Below, in pieces: positions 59,462-64,000 of a DNA stretch of 64,000 nt. The DNA is taken from contig CBFFSA010000005.1 in NCBI GenBank assembly GCA_965644495.1, positions 434,001-498,000 on the forward strand, read 5' to 3'. The translations under genes and the position numbers were made by a program. Positions within the stretch are counted from its first letter, which is position 1. Each line of letters starts with the position of its first letter. Under the pieces are notes generated by a model, which saw only the letters and a program-made list of their open reading frames with translations, made no database searches and was not told the origin of the DNA. The DNA is from Perkinsela sp. CCAP 1560/9. Its lineage: Eukaryota; Protista; Euglenozoa: Kinetoplastea.

Positions 59462-61876
59462 ATGACTAACCAGAAAAATAAAGCTCACAAGCAAAAGCAT
59501 CGCAGCAAGAGTGCAGTGAAGAAGAAGCAATCTGGACGCGGAGCAGCGCGAACGATCCGCATGCCGCAGGGCTCTGTACGTCTGCAGAAAGGAGGGCTTG
59601 GTCAAGGAGATAAAAGTCGACGCATTCAAACTTCGCAACAGCGTAGACATCAGTCCCGAACAAATACGGCACAATCTCGTCGAATTGGAAGAGGAGAAAG
59701 TCGGCGCATTGTAAGCCTTATTCCAATGAGCGAAACATGTCACACTCTTGCATCGCTAGATCGCATTAGAAGCTGGGTTCAGTCACAAAAAGGTTCTACC
59801 GAAGATGTTCCACAGAACAAATCAAAGTCCGAAGCACTGGAGTGGCAAGGACTACAAACTTCGTGGTTAGCTGTGGAAAATAGAACTACGTCTCCATGGG
59901 ATGCCATCGGTTTTATGGCCGTATCCGACATTGTGGTACTCGTTGTAAGCGTCGCTGCAGAAGCCAATTGTTCTAATGATCTCTGCATGGAAGAAGATTT
60001 CAGCGAAAATGGAGAGCAAGAATCGCCTATGAATACATGGTACTCCGACATAGGGCTCGCTGTAGATGACTTAGGTCGCTACAATATACACTTGTTGAAT
60101 GCTCAAGGTGTTCCTACCGTATTCATATTCTTCGTAGGGCTAAATGGTCTTACAAAGCAACGCAAGGCTAGTGTAGTCAAGCTTCATGAGCGGTATTTTC
60201 ACAGTGTTCTTCCATCGGAAAAATTATTTTTTCATGAGGAAGGCGAACTTACCAAGCTCTGGCGTGGATTAAAGGAATGTCCCTTGTTTGATTTACAATG
60301 GCGTCAAATTAAGCCATACATGCTTCCAGACACAGTCGAAATATTACCAGATTCTGCGGATCAAGTAACAATGGATCTTGACAAGGAGAATGCTTCCTCT
60401 GAACGATCACAAAAGATGGTTCACTTGCGTTTTGCAGGCCACCTTCGAGGCCAACCAATTAGCGCTAATCAACTACTCCACGTCACAGGGTTGGGAACGT
60501 ATGTGATTCAGTGCATAGAAAAAGATGCGATAAAATTTCACCGGGGTGAATTGGGCAATCCTGACTCCCTTGATTGTCTAAACTCCGTAGATCCGATGCT
60601 TGGAGGCGTGGAACAAACGTGGCCTTCCGCTGAAACTTTTCAGGCTCCAATTCGCTACGTACAGGTTCCTCAAGGCTTATCAGAATATCACACAGGATGG
60701 TTTGAAAAGGATAACATCGGTGTTGCTCCAGACAGCAATTCTTCCCTTCTAACGAAAAAGGCATTAAAAACGAGCCAATTATCTTTTCGAGATGCTGAAA
60801 GAGAATTCGCAGGTGAGATTCACTCTGAAGAAGAACTCACTGATCGTGAAGCATCTGGTACGGAATTATTGAGTGAAAATAATGACGAGGAAGAGCCAAC
60901 CATGGACGATGCTAACCAAGACGAAGTTGAATTTCACCCGAATATGCGAATCAGGGAACGATTGGCAAAGTACCGAGGACTGACTTCCTTCTCCGCTCCT
61001 TGGGACTCAAACGAAAATCTTCCTCCAAGTTATGCTCAAATTTATCACATACGCGATTACAAGCGCCTCGTCAAAGATGGCGTGAAACCTTACTTCGGAG
61101 ATATCCCTGAGTGTGATGCAACTTGTGCGAAATTTTCTGCCGGAGATTATGTATCGATAACCGTTTGTGCTCCGGAATCTGATGCTAACACTATTTGCGA
61201 ACTCAACCCACTTATCATTAGTGGTCTTCTTCCTCATGAACAAAAGTGGACAGTTCTTCACGCCTCTCTACAATATCGCAAAGATGATTTTGAGGAGCCT
61301 ATTCCAAGTAAACATCCTATGTTATGTGCTATTGGTTTTCGTTTGCTCTACTCGTCGCCCCTTTATTCTCAGCTATCCTCACGCATGTGCGATCGAGCAA
61401 AATATCTCCGGAGCTTTAGAGAAAGTGACATGAGAGCGCGAGCCACGTTCTTCGGTCCCTTGAGTCATACCCCATGCCCTATACTGGCGTGGGCACTCAC
61501 GCAGAACGACGACGGAAGCACAAACTGGTCGTTTGCCGCAAATGGAACAATGCTTCCACCCGATCCCTCGATGATGCTTCTAAAGCGGATTACACTTACA
61601 GGAAGACCTAATAAAGTTCGAAATCGAATCGCTGCAGTTCGTTTCATGTTCTTCAATGCGGAGGATGTCCAGTGGTTCTCTCCCGTTGGAATACGAACCA
61701 AACACGGAGGAAAGGGGTCCATTTTGAAGCCGATTGGTTCTCACGGAAGCTTCAAGGCGCTTTTTAAGAACCCGGTTCAGCAACATGATGTTGTGTGTCT
61801 TGATCTGTGGAAGAGAGTGTTTCCTAAACCGAGTACTCAGCTTTTTAAGCATACAAAGGCGACTCTTAATGTATAG
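59462..61876 (+). CDS. TSR1: Pre-rRNA processing factor TSR1 (BMS1/TSR1 family)
   Basis: NQKNKAHK.KH.SK N-terminus, GHLRG...SANQLLHVTGLG, RERLAKYRGL.SF...WD..ENLP..YA.I, GLLPHEQK, VRFMFFN.EDV.WF, G.I..P.GSHG.FK; ATG 59462. Confidence 0.93.
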   Translation: MTNQKNKAHKQKHRSKSAVKKKQSGRGAARTIRMPQGSVRLQKGGLGQGDKSRRIQTSQQRRHQSRTNTAQSRRIGRGESRRIVSLIPMSETCHTLASLDRIRSWVQSQKGSTEDVPQNKSKSEALEWQGLQTSWLAVENRTTSPWDAIGFMAVSDIVVLVVSVAAEANCSNDLCMEEDFSENGEQESPMNTWYSDIGLAVDDLGRYNIHLLNAQGVPTVFIFFVGLNGLTKQRKASVVKLHERYFHSVLPSEKLFFHEEGELTKLWRGLKECPLFDLQWRQIKPYMLPDTVEILPDSADQVTMDLDKENASSERSQKMVHLRFAGHLRGQPISANQLLHVTGLGTYVIQCIEKDAIKFHRGELGNPDSLDCLNSVDPMLGGVEQTWPSAETFQAPIRYVQVPQGLSEYHTGWFEKDNIGVAPDSNSSLLTKKALKTSQLSFRDAEREFAGEIHSEEELTDREASGTELLSENNDEEEPTMDDANQDEVEFHPNMRIRERLAKYRGLTSFSAPWDSNENLPPSYAQIYHIRDYKRLVKDGVKPYFGDIPECDATCAKFSAGDYVSITVCAPESDANTICELNPLIISGLLPHEQKWTVLHASLQYRKDDFEEPIPSKHPMLCAIGFRLLYSSPLYSQLSSRMCDRAKYLRSFRESDMRARATFFGPLSHTPCPILAWALTQNDDGSTNWSFAANGTMLPPDPSMMLLKRITLTGRPNKVRNRIAAVRFMFFNAEDVQWFSPVGIRTKHGGKGSILKPIGSHGSFKALFKNPVQQHDVVCLDLWKRVFPKPSTQLFKHTKATLNV

Positions 61877-62166
61877 GTATTTTTTTATCAGAATACTCGC
61901 GCGCAGAATAGACCGCTATACAAAGATAGACAAAATTACGCTTTGACTTCTAATATTTTGGGCTCTTTTTCGCAAGCCAACGCATGGTGCAATCAATAGG
62001 AACTTGAATTTTGATGTTTTATATGCATTCAAACACATTGTATTCAAACTCATTTTATGTTGTGTGTCTACATGCAAATAACGTATTGCTTTGGTACATG
62101 TGATATATATCCTACTACTACAAAACACTTTATAGCTTCCTCTTCTTTCTCACCAACTTCTCTCCT

Positions 62167-63993
62167 ATGGGCTCACGAGAAAAAAATGGTCCACGTAAGG
62201 TGGACTCGAAGTTATCAACTACGGATTTCAAGCTAGTTTCGGCGTTGCTCTTTCTATCCCCCGAACCTTCCACTAGCACCTCGAACATGGTAAACTCTTG
62301 TGATGAATTTTCGTCTCAGACTGTGGAGCTATCATGTTTTATGAAGAGCTCATTGCGCTACAGCTTGCAATTTTTACTCTTCAATGGCGTTCAAAAGATT
62401 TTAATATTTTGTGCAAATCCAAGTCACGCCGATGGAACTGAAAGTTATTTGGATGTTCTAAAAAATTTGCGAGACCTTCCAAGAATGGTTTCTGTCAGAG
62501 TAGTGTGTGCATCAAAACCTAGATGCTCATCTCTTGGTGACTCCTTGAGAGAGCTTCATTTAACCTCCTCACTTCACACCTTTCTTGGAGAGAAAGATTT
62601 CTTAATTCTTCGAAGTGATATAGTTCGCAACTACACAGAACTTTCCAGTGCGTATATTCGACATCGAACTCGTAGGTCGAAAGACCCAAAAGTCTTGATG
62701 ACCATATTCATGTACGAGCAAATCTCGGCCTTCTCAAATGGTCGAAAAAACGTTAATGAAAGCGAAATGAATGAGCATCGTAGGCATAGATCATCCTGCT
62801 CCTGCACTTTAGAGAAAATAGCAACCCTTTGTGATGAAGATTCAAGGCTACACGCAATAATTTCTATGCAGGAAAATTCTCATTCTGAATTGGTTCTTCA
62901 TAATAACGTTCTGGCTTCTCATATTTCGGTAAGGCTTCGCAGTGATCTTGGGGATTCAGGAATGGCATTCTGTAGTGCAGAAGTCATACAGGTATTCAAA
63001 GAGAATTTTGATCTAGAAACTTTGTTGGACTTCTCAGAAACCACCTTAGCCGATGACCTTCTCGGAAATAAAGTAGCTTTGGAGATTATTTCTAGCAAAT
63101 TCCTTCTCAAACGATTATCGAGCTGCGCGCTTCAATGTATTAAAACCAATTGGGGAAATCCCTTAGAATATGATGCATCATTGGAAGGAAATATCAGTGT
63201 TCAAGGAGTTTACCAACGGCCTGAAGACACCACAATCGAATCATCCACTTCCCCTAGTATGGATACCGGCTCTCGATCTGTACGAGAATCGACCTATACT
63301 TCACCTTTACCTTCGGATATTTCAAGTTTTGGGCCACTATCTCAGCAGTTTATATCTGTTTGTAAAAAGGAATCCAATTCTGTTCAAAACTTTTCGTGTT
63401 CTCATGCAACCAGTAGTACGAAATGTGCACAAAAGGATAGTGTGAAATGCAAAGACAGTAAGGAAATGTTCCAATTGGAAATCACCGACACTATTTGCTG
63501 TGCTTTGGAGAGTGATCACGATCTTCGAGATGTATCAACAGGACTCAGTCAACTTCGTTTTTGCTACAATAAATCGCCAGAGGACGTGGGTGTTGCTTTA
63601 TTAGTATCACTGTTGCAATATTCTATTCAACATGTGGAAACGAAACACGCAATATCTTCAGAGGACTTCTCACAGGATCACTCAAAAGCAGCACAGAAAT
63701 GTTTTAAAAAATGTTGTATAACTTTCCAAGGTATTCTGCTGGAAGATCGCTTTGGGGGCAGAGAGGATGCAGCTGGAGTAGATAAATTAAGAGGTTTTTT
63801 AGAATGCATAAATCTTCATTCGTCTCTGTGGTCACGTCTGGGGCACTTCTTGCGTATTCTCTACGAATGCGATATTGTACTCTCGGAGGCGTTTACTACA
63901 TTCAGCAACTCGAAAAATTCATCTCGGTCCATAGTGGAGTTGTTAAAATATGCAGAGAGTTTTTTTAGTGTTCTAAGAGAGCTAGACGATTGA
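62167..63993 (+). CDS. EIF2B5: Translation initiation factor eIF2B epsilon subunit (divergent)
   Basis: SLGDSLREL, DFLIL.SDIV.N, HR.RR.KDP...MT, R.DL.D....CS.EV...F.ENFD motif, C-terminal W2/HEAT region (F..EI.DTI...L.QLRF.YN...LYECDIV.SE). Confidence 0.8.
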   Translation: MGSREKNGPRKVDSKLSTTDFKLVSALLFLSPEPSTSTSNMVNSCDEFSSQTVELSCFMKSSLRYSLQFLLFNGVQKILIFCANPSHADGTESYLDVLKNLRDLPRMVSVRVVCASKPRCSSLGDSLRELHLTSSLHTFLGEKDFLILRSDIVRNYTELSSAYIRHRTRRSKDPKVLMTIFMYEQISAFSNGRKNVNESEMNEHRRHRSSCSCTLEKIATLCDEDSRLHAIISMQENSHSELVLHNNVLASHISVRLRSDLGDSGMAFCSAEVIQVFKENFDLETLLDFSETTLADDLLGNKVALEIISSKFLLKRLSSCALQCIKTNWGNPLEYDASLEGNISVQGVYQRPEDTTIESSTSPSMDTGSRSVRESTYTSPLPSDISSFGPLSQQFISVCKKESNSVQNFSCSHATSSTKCAQKDSVKCKDSKEMFQLEITDTICCALESDHDLRDVSTGLSQLRFCYNKSPEDVGVALLVSLLQYSIQHVETKHAISSEDFSQDHSKAAQKCFKKCCITFQGILLEDRFGGREDAAGVDKLRGFLECINLHSSLWSRLGHFLRILYECDIVLSEAFTTFSNSKNSSRSIVELLKYAESFFSVLRELDD

Positions 63994-64000
63994 TTTATCA

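Overview
Eukaryotic, intron-less, gene-dense DNA. About 29 intact protein genes all lie head-to-tail on the + strand with short AT-rich spacers, i.e. one directional (polycistronic-type) gene cluster. Several genes look kinetoplastid-specific: CAKS-type DOT1, RET1/TUT3-type TUTase, AEP-PriCT-2 mitochondrial primase, KKT4-like BRCT protein, TRF-like Myb protein and a protein with REH2-like dsRBD repeats. Together with compaction, divergence and a dispersed LRR family, this suggests an early-branching kinetoplastid (Perkinsela-like; inference). The cluster is broken at about 37.3-42.9 kb by an island of decayed mobile DNA: an RNase H fragment; a TA-flanked element with perfect 27-bp TIRs (Tc1/mariner-like) containing the 3' end of an RLE-type non-LTR retrotransposon; and an LRR pseudogene. 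The most striking object is a 1197-bp insertion in that LRR pseudogene (41390-42586). It is inserted precisely, without target duplication, and consists of two tandem ~570-610-nt units. Each unit begins with a spliced-leader (SL) exon-like core plus GT donor, and the two units fold into the same multi-domain + strand RNA structure with compensatory changes. It is a candidate SL-mimicking mobile structured RNA or a dispersed SL RNA gene. A second unexplained pattern is a set of ~1-kb GC-rich domains inside coding genes that switch abruptly from C/A-rich to G/T-rich, an origin-like skew inversion. All protein identifications are by recalled motifs; no database search was run.
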